Positions 1 through 13,641 are shown, counted from the first letter of the whole stretch. The stretch: 62,900 nt of DNA, filler included, from Octopus bimaculoides (GCF_001194135.2; 2 parts of one record of this genome joined end to end with filler, not necessarily neighbours in it), one strand, 5' to 3'. The notes: generated by a model from the letters alone, not told the origin. Translations and numbers: made by a program.

Positions 1-159
1 TATGGTTTCTTAAACATTCACTAGAACAAAACTGTACAAATCCAAATATATGGTACCCTAGGCATAACACCTACATGAACTTCTAACTTGTTGTCTCTTG
101 AGGTCTCTGGGTGAGACTTGGATCCAACTTGTACAAATGCAAAACAAAAGTCAAACATA

Positions 160-286
<127 letters not shown>

Positions 287-510
287 TCTGCTCACTATCA
301 CTCAGTAATGATTTGCTTGTCAGTTGTTTGACCTTAACCAGTCGAGAATGTCTCTTGGAGGTTAACAATATGTGCATCTCTGATAACGAGCAGAAGTGGT
401 TGGGAAACATCATAGCCATGTGTTGAGAGGAATACTTTGGGGTTTGAAAAATTCACCTTTGGAAACATGGATGTTTTGTTCAACGTCCTTAAACAATCCT
501 TATTCAGAGA
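287..510 (-). mobile_element. Unclassified interspersed repeat; its 420-510 portion matches 49950-50040 in inverted orientation
   Basis: The reverse complement (ctgaataaggattgtttaaggacgttgaacaaaacatccatgtttccaaaggtgaatt..caaaccccaaag) aligns to ctgaataaggttcgtttacggatgttgagcaaaacacccatgtttccataggtgaattattcaaaccccaaag. Confidence 0.7.
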
Positions 511-552
511 CCATTTGCTGATGTCTTATGTCCTGATGTCATATGTCCATAT

Positions 553-921
553 GACATCAGGACAGTATTCAAGTGTAATACAACACTTCGCAAATATTTC
601 CTTCGAGTAAAACTACCAATAGAAGTGAATATGATCCAAAACTGCGTGTACTCCATCCCATGCAGCTGTGATAGGTCATACAAAGGCGAAACACGTCGCC
701 CCCTCAAAATAAGGGTAGACGAACATCGCTAAGCTGTGACACGAGGAGATATTGGATGGAAAAATGGAGACCACCCACCCCTGTGGGATGAAGTTAAAAT
801 AATAGACAGAGAACACCACTGGAAAATACGAAAACTAAAAGAAGCAGCATATATGCTAGGACAGAACAACCTCCTAAGCAGACCGAGTGCAGATACAAAT
901 AGCATATTGGAGTCGTATTAA
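553..921 (+). mobile_element. Penelope-like element (PLE) GIY-YIG endonuclease remnant, Penelope/Poseidon-like
   Basis: One frame reads DIRTVFKCNTTLRKY...NCVYSIPCSCDRSYKGETRRPLKIRVDEHR*AVTRG...WDEVKIIDREHHWKIRKLKEAAYM, with one in-frame stop at 730-732. Confidence 0.85.
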
Positions 922-980
922 GGAAGGATAGAAAAATATTAGATTTATAAGCTCTAAAATTCACTCCATAATTACCCACG

Positions 981-1070
981 GGCATATGGCGTAGTGGTTA
1001 AGAGTGCGAGCTACTAACCCCAAGATTCCGAGTTCGATTCCAAGCAGCGACCTGAACAATAATAATAATG
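981..1070 (+). mobile_element. Short tRNA-derived SINE head with (AAT)n tail
   Basis: A box TGGCGTAGTGG (987-997) and B box GAGTTCGATTCC (about 1030-1041), followed by aataataataat. Confidence 0.7.
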
Positions 1071-1589
1071 GCTTTAAGTTTCGCCATAAGGGCAACAATT
1101 TTGGGGGAAAGGATGAGTCGTTTACATTAGTTCCTTATTTTATCGACCCCCGAAAGGATGAAAGGCAATGTCGGCCTCGGTGGAATTTGAATTCAGAACA
1201 TGAAGACGGGCGAAATGCCGCTAAGACTTTCACCCGGCGTACTAACGATCTTGACAGCTCCCCGCAACAATAATAATAATAGTAGCAGTATTAAGAAGAA
1301 TTTGTAACATAAGCACATGATCATAAATTTGAATGGAGGAATATAGTCGTCTATATCGAGCTGGTACTTTATTTTTGCAGAAGGATGAAAAAGATTTGAA
1401 TGTAGAATACGTAGAGCCATAACTAAATAATACAAGGTATCTTTACGACGCTGTAATGATGTTGCCAAATCTCAGCCTTTAATGAAATCATTAATAACGA
1501 AACTATAAAAACTGAAAAAGAAAAAAAAAGCGGTAAATATTATAGAATATAACATAACGGAACTATATATTCCAAAAATAGCACGTGAA

Positions 1590-2145
1590 ACAAGTGAGCC
1601 CTAGTTTAAAAAGTAACAACGATTCTCTGAACAAAACATGATCGTTCCCAACCGCAAAAGATTTTATCAAGAACTAGATAAGATTAAAAGAAACAAAAGA
1701 CAGAAGTCAATGCAACACCAATCACGAAAGAAGGAGAATTCTGGGGCTAATTATGGACAGCTTAGGACTCAACATTGACAGGAATGTTCAGAACAACGAA
1801 CACATTATCTGAACAATTCTCGGGAGCCATAACAACGCAAGAAGTAATCCAGACGACACAAAAAATAAACAACTGGAAGGTACCAGATAATGATGATATG
1901 CCAAACTTCTGGTTAAAATATTTAACAGGGACATATAAGGCGCTGGCAGAGACGTTAACTGAAATAATATCGCGGAGGGAAAATAAACATCTGGTAAGAC
2001 AATCTACTTCTTCATGAGTAGAAGGGGTAGGACAAAGGCTCATATGGCTGAACAGATCCATTACTGATCAACAAAAGCATAGCTAAAATTCTAGAACGAA
2101 GGACAACGCGTCTACTCCTGACATGGATTGACAACCAGGTTTTTG
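1590..2145 (+). mobile_element. Decayed RT fragment of an RLE-type (R4/Dong-like) non-LTR retrotransposon
   Basis: Translated pieces NRKRFYQEL, ITTQEVIQTTQKINNWKVPDNDDMPNFWLKYL and KGSYG*TDPLLINKSI...LTWID match R2-superfamily pre-RT and early RT motifs. Confidence 0.75.
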
Positions 2146-3379
2146 AAACCTTAGCCAAGAAAAGGTTTGCGCCAAGCATATGTAGATATATTGGCTTCAA
2201 ATTTTGGCACAAAGCCAGCAGTTCCTAGAAAGGGGCAAGTCGATTACATCGATCCCCAGTGCTCAACTGGTACTTATTTTATCGACCCTGTAAAGATGAA
2301 AGGCAAAGTCAACCTCGGCAAAATTTGAACTCAGAACGTAAAGATGGACAAAATGCCGTTAAGCAGACAGAGCAACCACGTAAAGGAAATTTTGTGGACT
2401 TGTTAATTATGTTGCTGCTGTTGCTATTCATGTTGTTCAACCCAAGGTCGCCGCTCTCATATGCAGATATATTAGACATGCTATGAGTAACTGACGCTAA
2501 GAACATAAATTTTAAACCAGACTGGACTTAGATACAAATGTTATGAGTGGGCAAACTAATATTTTTTTTTATATGGACTACACTAATGTTGACCACTGTG
2601 TATGATGAATAGCTAGAAATACTGTAATGGACAGTAAACGGATATACTAATCGGATTAGAAAAATAAGAGGAAAATTAAATTATAACCAATTATATCTTA
2701 CAAAATAAAAAAATAGAGAATTAGCGCAACCACAAACTTACAAATAGCCGAGACTCACTAAACTAGACAAAACTAGAAAAAGAATAGGTTAGGTAAGTAT
2801 ATTACAGATGCATTAGATTATGACTTGAAATAAAATTAAATATTTAAAAAATGTCCTTCCTTTTAGAAAAAATTGAAATAGAATTAAATATAAAAAAACT
2901 GTGCCCTTCTTTTTTTAGAAAGGAAGGACACTTTAGGTATTGTTATAAAAGTATCTATATTCTAGTTGTTCCAGTAAAAAATTGTAGTTGTGATATTCTC
3001 TAATAGATTCAAAACTAATTAAGAACAGAGAGAAAAATTAGTAAAATAACGATTACATTTAGAATATACCATCGAACAATTGGACAGAATGGTTATATTT
3101 ACTACGCATTAGAGAAGGATGAGGTCCATATGCAGCCAGACAACTAGTTTATAACATCCACTGTGGAGCTACAAAAATATCTAGAAGAAATAATGGCAAA
3201 TTAAATCAAATAGGTGCAAACATTCATAAAACAAAAATGTTTATATTTTATCTTCTAGGAAACAAAAAAAAACAAAACATACCAAACTCAAATGACCGAC
3301 GGATGCTATCCAATGCTGCATGAACTTGGACGGGCTGATGTACTGTCTTGACCAGCACCGTCTGACAGGTTTCCGCATA

Positions 3380-3900
3380 GCCCCCCCCCCCAGTCCAACG
3401 GCGGTGCCTGATTCAATGCAGTGCCATCACTCTCAACTGGCACTCAGCTGCATAGCAGCTGTCTGCGCATCAGCGTTTTCTCTAAGGCTTGGCCCTTGGA
3501 TTTGTGAATCTCATAAATGCTGCTACGGACCCACTGAGGATTCTTTCGGCCTCCACCCATTGTCATGCCATTATAGTGCTGGCCGCCTTCCACTCCATGC
3601 TGCTCTCAATGAGAACATAAAGCCGCAGACGTCCCTTCCCAGTTCGAGTCAACAAGGCTGGACAGAGGAGACAGTAAAAGGCTAGACAGCATGACAATTT
3701 TTCTGTTCCTCAGTGGTAAGGCCTTCATCTAGGATGCGACATGCTGCGGCACTTCCAGCGGCAACCTGTTGTGTTCGGCTGTCAGCCCAAGCTACGTTGT
3801 TCAAGACGAGAAGGGCGAAATGTCAAAGTATCGGCCGCTCTCTGACAGATTAGTGGTCGAGCTTGTGGTAGTGGAGAGCTCCGGCGTCCCCGAGACCATG
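3380..3900 (+). mobile_element. CRE-clade-like non-LTR retrotransposon, C-terminal zinc-knuckle/RLE remnant
   Basis: Frameshifted pieces GA*FNAVPS, SLRLGPWICESHKCC..GLHPLSCHYSAGRLPLHAALN, GLDRGDSKRLDSMTIF..GKAFI*DATC (compare GKRPDG..WDATC) and KYRPL. Confidence 0.75.
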
Positions 3901-4481
3901 AAACACACTGACAAGTATTTTTATTTATAGCTGTTACATCACTTAAAACACACACACACACCCCTGTTGACAATTTATCTACGTTCTTGACACATACATA
4001 GAGAGACTGAAATTATGAAGTATATGATTTGTCAAGATTATTGATCTCACATATAAATATAGATATTAAACGAGTAGTTTTTTTAATTTTACACGCGTGT
4101 TTGTTGTGAAGAGAAAGGGAAACAACAACAAAAAAGTGAAAAGCTAAACACAAAAATGGAGAATTTGACTGCCATACTGATGGTTAGAACAGTATCTATC
4201 TAGCCGATGTCTAAAAATTCGAATAGGACAGAAATAGATGTAAAAAATTGCAACACCGGCTGTAAGTATTCGTAAGTGTTCGTAATTGCAGCATAGAATG
4301 AAAACCTTTCTACCAGAAACAACCAACATTATGTAATTAAGTAACTGTAGAATATGTGGCGTTTGAGAAGGAATAATTCAACGAATTTTCTCTGGATGCA
4401 CAGTCATTAGCAAGAAAAAAGAAGAGCTTTCATACACTGCAAATTATGCCTCCTTTATGAAATACCAACAGATAAGTTATA

Positions 4482-4528
<47 letters not shown>

Positions 4529-4734
4529 NNNNNNNNNNNNNNNNNNNNNNNNNNNNNNNNNNNNNNNNNNNNNNNNNNNNNNNNNNNNNNNNNNNNNNNN
4601 NNNNNNNNNNNNNNNNNNNNNNNNNNNNNNNNNNNNNNNNNNNNNNNNNNNNNNNNNNNNNNNNNNNNNNNNNNNNNNNNNNNNNNNNNNNNNNNNNNNN
4701 NNNNNNNNNNNNNNNNNNNNNNNNNNNNNNNNNN

Positions 4735-4815
<81 letters not shown>

Positions 4816-4830
4816 AGTTAGTAAGTTAGT

Positions 4831-4878
<48 letters not shown>

Positions 4879-6390
4879 CAGACAAATAATCAATTAGCTG
4901 CTATCAACGAAAGGTGTTTGGCTTTTGTCTGTACGTGTTATGTGACAATTCTTTGCGCAAACTGGCAACAGGAATGAAAAGTTAAAAAGAAAGGAAATAT
5001 TTAAATCAGTACTGCATTGTAATGCAATTAGAATCTTCCTTTATTATGCATGCTTATCACAACTGTTTACGTGTTTAATACAAAAATCCGTTTATTTGTC
5101 ATTATAGAGATTCATTCGAGAGATTGGTTTTATAATAAGCTTATTAAGCTTACACCATAACAACCCTCGATGCTAAGAAGAAAGTTGGTAATAATGCCCG
5201 TAATATTTGAAATTAAGGTTTTATTCTAACACTAATGAGATAAAACCGTTACGTTGAAAAACATTTAAATATAATCCTTTCAACAATAGGCACAAGGTCT
5301 GAAATTTGGGGAGAGGGGGCGAGACGATTATCGTCCCTAGTGTTCAACGGGTTCTTATTTTGTTGACTCCGAAAGGATGAAAGGCACAGTTGGTCTCGGT
5401 GGAATTTGAACTCAGAACGCAAAGAGCCGGAAGAAATACCACTAAGCAGTTTGAAAGGCGTGCTAACGTAACTGCCAGCTCGCCGAAGGAAGCGTTCAAA
5501 GATGAAGGACTCTGCCTTAAGAGGATGTATTCAGATAAGAAAACAGAGATTTGCAACTTTTGAAGATACTCAAAGAATGGTTTGAAAAAAAGGTCCCGCC
5601 TTAATGTCATTTCCCAAGTCACCACCGTATGCTTTACTGACGTTGAATATAAAGATATTTTACAACATATCTTTTAGCACAACAAAGCAAAAAATGCTAA
5701 ATGTCGCTGGAGAAGATATCATTATACAAGCAATGAAGTAATTAGTGAAACCATTATACAGAAGGCCCCTGAACCTATTAGTTTATTGTTTTGAATAGTA
5801 ATACAGTACTTTGAATAACGATACAGTCATGCCAACGAGATGGCAAAAGATATTGATGAGATAACTTCAACAATTCAGTAGTTTTAGTTTTCTGTCAAGA
5901 TGAAGTCAATGTATGAAAGGCTTAATCTTGTCACGGATTATGTGAAGTGTTATGGTCCAAAAGACATTGTTGATGAATTACTCATTACTAAATATTTTAA
6001 ATCAGATTTAAAGAGTAAAACGATTTTCTTGAGTTTGGAAGGGTATTTTAGAAAATATCACATTCTTCTTAATAATATTACGTACTTGTTTTCGATGATG
6101 TACCGCAGGATGATTTTCAGTTTGCTTAAGATTAAAAAATTTAAAAAAAGCTTCAAATATATTCATTGTACATTACGGTTTACACAAATAACATCCAGTG
6201 ACGAAAAAGAAAAGAAACAAACAAATTAGTGATGCTTTGAAATTATGTATAAACCTGATAAAATTAAGTCATTAAACCAGATAATCACATTCAGTTCCCA
6301 TCTACAATTATCATGTGATAACAACTAAAAACGTTTCAAACAGCTTCTTTTGCCTAGTGAAGTAAGGTCGCAATCTCGAGGATCCTTAAT

Positions 6391-6607
6391 CCTTTCTAAT
6401 ATAGGCACAAGGCTTGAAATTGAGGGGGCGGGGAGATATAGTCGATTACATTGACCCTCAGTACTCAACTGACACGTAATTTATCGACCCCGAAAGGATG
6501 AAAGATAAAGTCGACCTGGGCTGAATTTGAACTCAGAACGTAGCACAGACGAAACACCGTTAAGCATTTTGCCCGGCATGTTAGCGGTTCTGCCAGCTCG
6601 CCGCCTT
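6391..6607 (-). mobile_element. tRNA-derived SINE family A, full-length copy with target-site duplication (about 28 copies in the window)
   Basis: Flanked by aatc(t/c)cgaggatccttaat at 6372-6390 and 6608-6626. The family has A box TGGCAGAAAC, B box GAGTTCAAATTCC and core gcctttcatcctttcggggtcgataaattaagtaccag. Other copies lie near 1070, 2200, 5275, 7063, 16410, 20380, 38025, 38990, 39650, 41112, 41461, 42870, 43070, 44320, 44525, 49375, 54058, 58840, 60029, 60415 and 62249. Confidence 0.9.
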
Positions 6608-7062
6608 AATCCCGAGGATCCTTAATGACATGGATCTACCACTAGAAATGCAGATTTTCAAACATATGCAACTAACTTATATTCTAAATGTGAAGGTATA
6701 TGGTCTAGTAACAAAAGCAACGGTTTTATGATCTTGCTGTCAAGTTCACTACATTAACTCGGTGTCGTGTTGTGTCCTTGAGTTAGGTAGTTCAATTCTC
6801 GTTGCTTCAGTCTACCCAGCTGAAAATGAATACCAGCTACATGCTAGTACATCCCCTCTCTTCCTACAACAGTTACACCCTCGATGGTTTATTGGGTCAA
6901 AAGTGGTCAAAAGTGTTTGTCTACGTCTGCTCGCCACTATACAGGCAGCTAAAAAAAATTGCGAAAGCATGATAACATGCTACCGAGTCGTGTACTACAG
7001 GCCAATGACGGTTGTTGGTTATATATTCTATAGAAACGATTATATATTATAGAAACGATTAT

Positions 7063-7302
7063 AAGGGGCAAGCTGGCAGAAACGTTAGCACGTCGGGCGA
7101 AATGCTTAGCAGTATTTCGTCTGACGTTACGTTCTGAGTTCAAATTCCGCCGAGGTCGACTTTGCATTTCATCCTTTCGGGGTCGATAAATTAAATACCA
7201 GTTACGCACTGAGTTCGATGTAATCGACTTAATCCCTTAATCCCTTTGTCTGTCCTTGTTTATCCCCTCTATATTTAGCCCCTTGTGGGCAATAAAGAAA
7301 TA
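7063..7302 (+). mobile_element. SINE family A, alternative-tail variant
   Basis: Same head and core but the tail is tttgtctgtccttgttt..agccccttgtgggcaataaagaaata (also at 39060-39135). Flanked by repeated agaaacgattataaggg. Confidence 0.8.
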
Positions 7303-7692
7303 AGAAACGATTATAAGGGCAACACATTTGAATTATTTTATAATTTCAATCATGGATTATATATATATATATATATATATNNNNNNNNNNNNNNNNNNNN
7401 NNNNNNNNNNNNNNNNNNNNNNNNNNNNNNNNNNNNNNNNNNNNNNNNNNNNNNNNNNNNNNNNNNNNNNNNNNNNNNNNNNNNNNNNNNNNNNNNNNNN
7501 NNNNNNNNNNNNNNNNNNNNNNNNNNNNNNNNNNNNNNNNNNNNNNNNNNNNNNNNNNNNNNNNNNNNNNNNNNNNNNNNNNNNNNNNNNNNNNNNNNNN
7601 NNNNNNNNNNNNNNNNNNNNNNNNNNNNNNNNNNNNNNNNNNNNNNNNNNNNNNNNNNNNNNNNNNNNNNNNNNNNNNNNNNNNNNNNNNNN

Positions 7693-7742
<50 letters not shown>

Positions 7743-8362
7743 ATATACGTAAATGCATAAACAAACGTCTTTCGTCCGTCCACTAATTGTCTCGACTTGA
7801 ATTACGTTTATTCCACATTTGTATTTGTACTTTCTGTATCGCATTGCTGTTTGCTAATTTCCTGTCATGTTTTGTCCCTTGTTTGTTGGCTCGCCACTTC
7901 CCGCCGGCTCTCGCTGTCGGCGCCACCAGAGGGGATTCAGTATTATCGTTAAGGACCGAAATTGCATTTGACTGATGAGGATCTGGTGACCTTCTTTGTC
8001 TGTTTCCCGTTTGTTTGTGCATTTACTATATGTTTTTTTAAACTTATTATTTAATGGAACGTCACGTACGGTTATATGTGTTTAGAAGTATACCTCAAAC
8101 CCACAAGAGTTTACAAGTGAAACAGAGACAGACAGAAACAAGAAAAATGCCCCTGGTATTTGAACACTATACAAATATGCTTTTAAAAAGACTTTCCATT
8201 TAAATTTGCCAAAATTTAATTTTTCCAAAATTTGTTACCCATATTTACTGTTGAAAAGATCTCAAGGATCGAAACCGGTACTGAAATGTTTTTTATAAAA
8301 GTATTTTAGCATTTTCGACTTTGCCTTTTTTCCATATATAAATATATATATATATATACATA

Positions 8363-8436
<74 letters not shown>

Positions 8437-8469
8437 TGATGATATCGTAGTATCGACACAGACTATCGC

Positions 8470-8700
8470 ATCATTGTTTTAGCTTTCGAATGACGCCATC
8501 CCGCTGACTGGGCGAGCAGGCCAACATTTCCCCGATCGGAAGGCTATTTCGTCACAGGGTCGCCTATTTACAACTGAGTGTACTGGAGTAACGTGAAATG
8601 AAGTGTTTTGCTCAAGAACACAACGTACCGCCCGGTCGGGGAATCGATCTTATAATCTAGAGATCGTGAGCGCAATACTCTAACCACTTCGTCACGCACC
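8470..8700 (-). mobile_element. tRNA-derived SINE family D (other copies near 6760, 20240, 53840, 56730, 59330)
   Basis: Shared body gagtg(t/g)actggag(t/c)aacgtgaaatgaagtgttttgctcaagaacacaacg..gggaatcga. A/B boxes lie on the minus strand. Confidence 0.75.
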
Positions 8701-8735
<35 letters not shown>

Positions 8736-9019
8736 GCATGCGCACGCACACACACACACATTTATATTGTTTGGGGAAGGAATCAACGTAATAATGTACA
8801 AATTACGATACGGACCATTAAGCAAGTATCCCATTTTCCCCAGCACATCAAAGAGTATAGAACGAATATGTTAACATTTTAATGCTATAAAGCCACAGGT
8901 TGACTTTATAGTGTTTAAATTCAATTCAGTTTTTCTCTCACTTGGTATTGTGATTCAAGCATATATTGTTTTAGTGATATAATCCAGCTTCAATGCATTA
9001 GACGATTCATAAACATCTT

Positions 9020-9402
9020 TTATCTTATTTAATTGTTTCAGTCATTAGGTTGCGGCCATACTGTGGCACTGCCTGAAATTTTAGTCGAATGAATCGACCC
9101 CAGTACTTTTTTGATTCTATCGATCACTTTGCCGAACCGCTGTTTTACGGGGACGTAAACACACCAACACCGGTTGTCAGGCAGTGGTGGGAGAGAAACA
9201 CAGACACAAAGACACACACAAACCACACATACACATATATACGACGGTCTTCTTTCAGTTTCTGTCTATCAAATCAACTCACGAAGCTTTGGTTGGCCCG
9301 AGGATATAGTAGAAGACACTTGTCCAGGGTGCCACGCAGTGGGACTGAACCCGGGACCATGTGGTTGGGAAGCAAACTTCTTACCACACAGTCACGCTGC
9401 GC
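9020..9402 (-). mobile_element. SINE family B (CORE-like, internal microsatellite), upstream of the first visible MCT exon
   Basis: Reverse complement of the 14473-15035 copy; a second partial minus copy lies at 9740-10010. Confidence 0.85.
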
Positions 9403-9651
9403 ACTTGTTAACAGTCAGCATATATTATGTTGGACAAAGTCATCATTAAGTGGCTTCGGATAAAGAGAGTAAACCCCTGGTTTGTTACTATCTGAGATGC
9501 AAGCTGGGGCTTGGTCGACCCCGGCTAGGTCAAGTGAACGAGAGGGTCTGGTGTTGAAAGATCTGAAATCCCCTGGGAACCCAAGAAGCATCGCTGATGA
9601 TGCGTCCCAGAGCATTTACGACATCAATCTTAAAACTACACACACACACAC

Positions 9652-9729
<78 letters not shown>

Positions 9730-10416
9730 CTTTTTTAAAATCTTTGTGATTGCTTCAGTCATTAGACTATGGCATCGCCTTGAATTTTTAGTCGAACGTA
9801 TGGACACAAGTACATTTTAAAAGCCTGGCACTTATTCTATCGGCGCCTTTTGCCGAACCTCTAAATTATGGAACATGGGGAACAAATACAGACACAAGGA
9901 GACACACGCACACACACACACACGTATTTATACATATATACGACGCGCTTCTTTCAGTTTCCGACTACCAAATCCACTCATAAGGCTTTGGTTAAGACAC
10001 TTGCCCAATGCTAAGATGCAATTTAAGCTGTATATATTTGATAACTTTAACATACTGTTTTGCATTTATCCTCATTTATCACTGATGTAGTGATCACTAA
10101 TCTGGGGATAACACGGTACGTTCAATTGTGAACCTTGTTACGCTTGTCACGAATAGATCTAGGATAACACGGGTTAGCGATCGGTCAACGATTCTGTTTA
10201 GACCGCAGAAGTGCCCTTCGGCGACCATCTACAAAGCGCAGAGTAACTTTACTTTATGTACTATTATTCATTTATCACTGATTCATTCAATATAGTTTTG
10301 TTTTAAACCAAATGCCCGTGATAAACGAGGACAGGTGTATTAAATGCCTACCCTCAACAAATTTATCATTGGGTATCACTAATCAAATTAAATGCTTATA
10401 TTTGTTTTCTTTCAAG

Positions 10417-10560
10417 CATTCTTCGTTCTGAACTGTCTCACGCAATTCACCACCCATCGAATACTGATATTAATTGGTTCTGTTTTTATCGTGGCTGCTT
10501 TCATCCTAGAATCGGTGAGCCCAACGATCATTCTTCTCGGTGCTAGCCACAGCCTTCTAG
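10417..10560 (+). CDS. SLC16/monocarboxylate transporter family gene, internal coding exon (about TM3-TM4)
   Basis: Acceptor ttttctttcaag| and donor ttctag|gtaagt. The exon is 144 bp, phase 1-1, and reads (A)FFVLNCLTQFTTHRILILIGSVFIVAAFILESVSPTIILLGASHSLL(G). It is hydrophobic and splices in frame to the next exon. Confidence 0.85.
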
Positions 10561-10764
10561 GTAAGTACGATACATTTCTCAATAGTATATTGTAGTAAGA
10601 GGGCTGTATATAGTTGAAATGACAGAACTATGTGTATTTTAGTTACTTTTATGGTTTGGTGAGAGATAAAGATTGGAGCCTACTAGTCTTCCCAAAGACT
10701 TGTCGGAAGCGAAGGATTTCTTCAGAACCAAGAACTGATCCAATACAGCATTAATGTAATTAGG

Positions 10765-10795
<31 letters not shown>

Positions 10796-10842
10796 TGTAT
10801 GTATGTATGTATGTATGTACGTATGTATGTATGTATGTATAT

Positions 10843-11027
10843 CAGTGCTCTACAACCGGTATGCTACAGCACATTGGTGTGTCACGAGACGATGCGAAGT
10901 TTGCTGCAGTGTAACCTGAATATAATTTTTTCCCTATACTTTTAGTTATGGTTTCAGTTCAGGTGTGCCACCAAATTTTGAAAAGAATATAAGTGTACTA
11001 CACGTGAAAAAAGGTTGCGGAGCACTG
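10843..11027. mobile_element. hAT-type MITE in an MCT intron
   Basis: TIRs cagtgctctacaacc / aggttgcggagcactg; a homologous copy is at 47686-47877. Confidence 0.8.
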
Positions 11028-11043
11028 ATATATAGATGTATGC

Positions 11044-11076
<33 letters not shown>

Positions 11077-11145
11077 NNNNNNNNNNNNNNNNNNNNNNNN
11101 NNNNNNNNNNNNNNNNNNNNNNNNNNNNNNNNNNNNNNNNNNNNN

Positions 11146-11215
<70 letters not shown>

Positions 11216-11946
11216 TATATATTTTTTTATATTTATATTTATATGTATGTATGTATGTATGTATGTGTATGTATGCCTGTATATGTCTGTATGTATATAT
11301 GTGTATGCAATGTGTGTATGCAATGTGTGTATGCAATGTGTGTATGCATGCAAGCACGAATGGACGGATGGTGTGTGCGTCATTTTGTTTTTCAGATTTC
11401 TTACTAACGGAACAACAGTCGGTGTCCTTGCTTTATATACATGCATTTGCTAATATATCTCGGCAAAGGATATACACAAGAGTTTTCGGAGAAGTTTATG
11501 CTCAACTAATAACAACATGTTAGCCCATCACGTGTTGACACGAATTGGGGGTTAGTCGAAGTAGATAAGCATACAAACTTAAATGATGGAGTCTCTATTC
11601 CTACATATGAGCGTTCAGTTTCTCACTTAGTTGGGCAACCTACTTGTTGAATCAGTATTGAAGTGGCTGAGTATTCCGCAGTCACGTATAGCCTTATCAT
11701 AACTGTCAGACAGAATCAGCAAGACAAAAGTGTGTCTCGTCTGAACCTTTGAAATATGGGTACAATCCATCCGACGGGTTTCTATACAGTTTCCAGCTAC
11801 CTAGATTAACTCACAAGCTTGGTTTACCACGATGTTATAGTAAATAAACTTAAACAAGGGGCCAGGCAGTGGGACTGAACCTGAGACGAAATCTTTAACC
11901 ACTTAGCATTGTTTGCGTCTACCATACGTAAATGCACAGACATACT

Positions 11947-11987
<41 letters not shown>

Positions 11988-12294
11988 ACACACATACACA
12001 CATACGCACACACACAAACACACTCACATACACACACATACACACACGTACTTGTATGTATTTATATATGCCTGCATATATAAACATATGTATTTATCCA
12101 TGCATGCATCTACCATGCGTAAATGCACATAGACATACTTACACACACACGCACACACACACACACACATTTGTATGTATTTATACATGCATGCCTGTGT
12201 ATAAGAATGCATGCATTTATGTATGTATGCGCGCATGTACCTAACTATGTATGGATTCGCGTTTATTTTCTTGCGCTTTTTTTTTTATTTCCAG

Positions 12295-13641
12295 GTATTG
12301 GTCTGGGTTTTATATATGGCCCAAGTATTGTAATAGTTGGACATTATTTCAAGAAATACAGAGGTTCTGCAAACGCTTTTGCCTCATGCGGTTCGACTGT
12401 TGGGCAGTTTTCTTTGGCACCACTCATAAGTTACTGTATATCGGAGTACGGGTTACGAGGTGCACTGCTGTTGCATGCAAGCATTCTTTCACACTGCTTC
12501 TTTTTCGGCTCCCTTGTGAGGCCAACCGATTTTTACCGAAGACACTTGTCTCCACGTGAATTTCCTTCGACTTACGGTAAAGCGAACGCATTCTCTTTGA
12601 AACGAAACGGTGAACTTTCTGATTGTGATTCTGCAACAAATAATCTGATTTCGGGCCACTCAAAAGATGAAGGGGCCAAAGATATAAACAGGAAGTCTTC
12701 TATCGGTAACCATACTAACAACCTGAAGATGATTTCGGTAACCAGAAAAATTGGAGATCGAAGAAACACGGACGTTTGCATCAAATTCATTCCAGTGAAT
12801 ACCGATGATAAATCACCAGACACCTCTCTGTGTGGTAGTTCTCATTGTATCACCGAAACAGAAATGCCTTCTACTCGCCGAAAATCAAGAGCTTTCACCG
12901 AATATTTCCAAAAAACATCAACTGGTGCCGATATAGGATCGTTAAGTTTACACATCCAGCACAGAATCAAACCGAGTTATTTCGGGGATTCTATGATGGG
13001 ATTCGGTTCTGCCGTTAGTCTTCAAGACGAATCTATATCTTGTACTCATGCAAAAGTCCTGATGAACATACGTAAGAGCTCAATTTTACCAGATGACGTT
13101 GGTCACACCGGTTTTACCAAAGAGCCATCCAAGTTTGAAACAATGTCAAAATCTTTCAAACAGATTTGTAAGAGCGTTGATGTGTCACTATTGAACCAAA
13201 AAATATTTGTCCTTTTCCTTTTGGGCTACACTTTTGGTTGTTGTGGTAGCGGCGTCATGCATAATTTTTTTCCAGCACGTGCCGAGGAGCTAGGACTGTC
13301 TCGTGATCAGGGGACAATGATTCTGGCGTATTCGGGATGTGCTGATATTTTTGCCCGAATAGCCACAAGCCTCACAGCCGATCATCCCAGAATGCACCGG
13401 ACCCGATTTGTAACTTGTGTTTTATTTATGAATGCGATTTCGTGCTTTAATATCATGCTGTTTACAACCTATTTGTCTTTTGCTCTGTTCACCGTGGCTT
13501 ACGGTATGTGCTGTGGCGTCTTCTTTGCTCTTAATACAACTATACTCACAGACTTCATCGGGGTTACGAAACTGCCTCAGGGGCTCAGTATGAGCTATTT
13601 AGTATTCGGATTGTGTGCTACTGCTGTATATCCTCTAATAG
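12295..13641 (+). CDS. SLC16/MCT family gene, large internal exon (about TM4-TM11 plus a long central cytoplasmic loop)
   Basis: Acceptor ttttttatttccag| and donor aatag|gtaagt; 1347 bp, open, phase 1-1. MCT-like motifs: GIGLGFIYGPSIVIVGHYFKKYRGSANAFASCGSTVG, LISYCISEYGLRGALLLHASILSHC, FFPARAEELGLSRDQG, TM8 CADIFAR (D-xxx-R pair), LTDFIGVTKLPQGLS. Confidence 0.93.

Noticed and set aside
981-1050. Functional tRNA gene
   Set aside because: It has A and B boxes but I could not fold a full cloverleaf; it runs into an (AAT)n tail like a SINE.
6391-6607. SINE family A read as a Helitron (A|TC start in reverse orientation)
   Set aside because: Variable 12-19 bp TSDs, 5' truncations and Pol III boxes indicate retroposition.
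7950-7995. Hammerhead at ccgaaattgcatttgactgatgagg
   Set aside because: The core elements are in an order that leaves no room for stem I, and there is no GAAA after stem II.
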